Positions 63,066 to 64,000 of a DNA stretch of 64,000 nucleotides are shown here, piece by piece (position 1 is the first letter of the stretch; the number at the start of each line of letters is the position of its first letter). The stretch covers positions 62,001 to 126,000 of the forward strand of contig JAVKOQ020000003.1 of assembly GCA_031835245.2 (NCBI GenBank), given 5' to 3'. The position numbers and the translations under genes were made by a program. The DNA comes from Balamuthia mandrillaris (Eukaryota). The notes below the pieces were generated by a model, which was not told the DNA's origin, did not search any database, and saw only the letters and a program-made list of their open reading frames with translations.

Positions 63066-64000
63066 ATGCGTTCACGACGAACTCTCAAGCAGGCCGCCTC
63101 GGCAAGCTCGCGGCAAACGCCTCGAGCCGCCGCAGAAGAAACTCCCCAAACGTGCGTTAAAGTGAAGGAAGAACATGACCGCTGCGACGACTACGTAGAA
63201 GATTCGGCAGAAGAAGAGGAAGTGTTGTCCGTGAAGCTCAAAAAAGAACAGAGAGAGGACGGTCGGCAAGAAGACGAAGAAGGAGAAGAAGAACGAAGAA
63301 GGCGAAAGAAGAAGAAGAAGAAGAAGAAGCACAAGAAGAAGAAGAACAAGAAGAAGCACAAGAAAGAAGAAGAACGTGTGTTTTCTTCTTCATCGAATGG
63401 AGGGGCTTCCTCGTCGCAAACAAGACAGCCAAACAATCGCAAAAGAAGCAGAAACGAGGAGGAAAAAAATGGAAAGAAGAAGGGGTCTCCTTCACGCGAC
63501 GTCAAAGCCTTATGCCCAGATGAGCATGAACCGCCACACAGCAGAAAACATGTGAGTGTACGTATCGTTCTTTTAATTCTTTTTGTTCTCTTATTAATGT
63601 TCATCTTCTTCTTTTTGTCCTTCATTTTTTCTTCTTCTATTCTGTTTTCGAACACACCTTCCTTTCAATGCACACCGTACTTGCACTGCAGAGGCAAGAA
63701 GATTCAAAGAAAGTTGCAACAGAAGAACTCTCGGCTCCTGTCTTTCAGTCTCCCTGCAAGACCCTCCAACTCTATCGCGCGCAACTGAACATCGGAAAGA
63801 GAATGCTTGAAACACTCCTCCAAATGAACACCATCAAACGCCACAAAACTTACAGCTCCATCAGAGTCATCTTCATCGGCCCTTCCTTCGTGGAACTCTC
63901 CAAGCAAACACAAAAAGATTGGAACCTATATTGGCAAACGATGGAGAATGTTCGAGGAAGAAGCTTGATCAATATAAAGAGCATTCCATTCGAGTACGGA
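63066..64000 (+). CDS. Lys/Glu-rich hypothetical protein, 3'-partial
   Basis: Charged ORF with poly-K and NLS-like runs, intron ~63552-63690, continues off the window; the true start may be further upstream. Confidence 0.5.

Overview
Gene-dense, intron-rich eukaryotic DNA with short introns full of (CT)n/(TTC)n microsatellites. Gene content is most consistent with a free-living amoeba (Amoebozoa); this is an inference, not a database match. About 25 protein-coding loci can be read by splicing by hand: Med12 (partial), an LRR+WD40 protein, a TLDc protein, a LamG-BTB-BACK protein, an S1 serine protease, an F-box/Rho-GTPase fusion, TruD, WDR59, ERG2/sigma-1, a ZNF706-like finger, HSP20, GEX1/KAR5/Brambleberry, two giant-virus-style 'GCPW' ankyrin-repeat genes (one frameshifted), OSGEPL1, intronless PRP22/DHX8, Hsp70, COMT, prenylcysteine oxidase, a GT31 and a B4GALNT-like glycosyltransferase. 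Main surprises: (1) two clear AT-AC minor-spliceosome (U12) introns plus a probable AT-AG intron, out of roughly a hundred introns (hand estimate); (2) an F-box fused to a CAAX-tailed Rho with non-canonical residues at the G12 and Q61 positions; (3) a box C/D snoRNA (U53-like guide) inside an Hsp70 intron; (4) a palindromic TRTCGAYA motif recurring upstream of many genes; (5) a karyogamy gene. Multi-exon gene spans include introns, and boundaries were inferred by eye.
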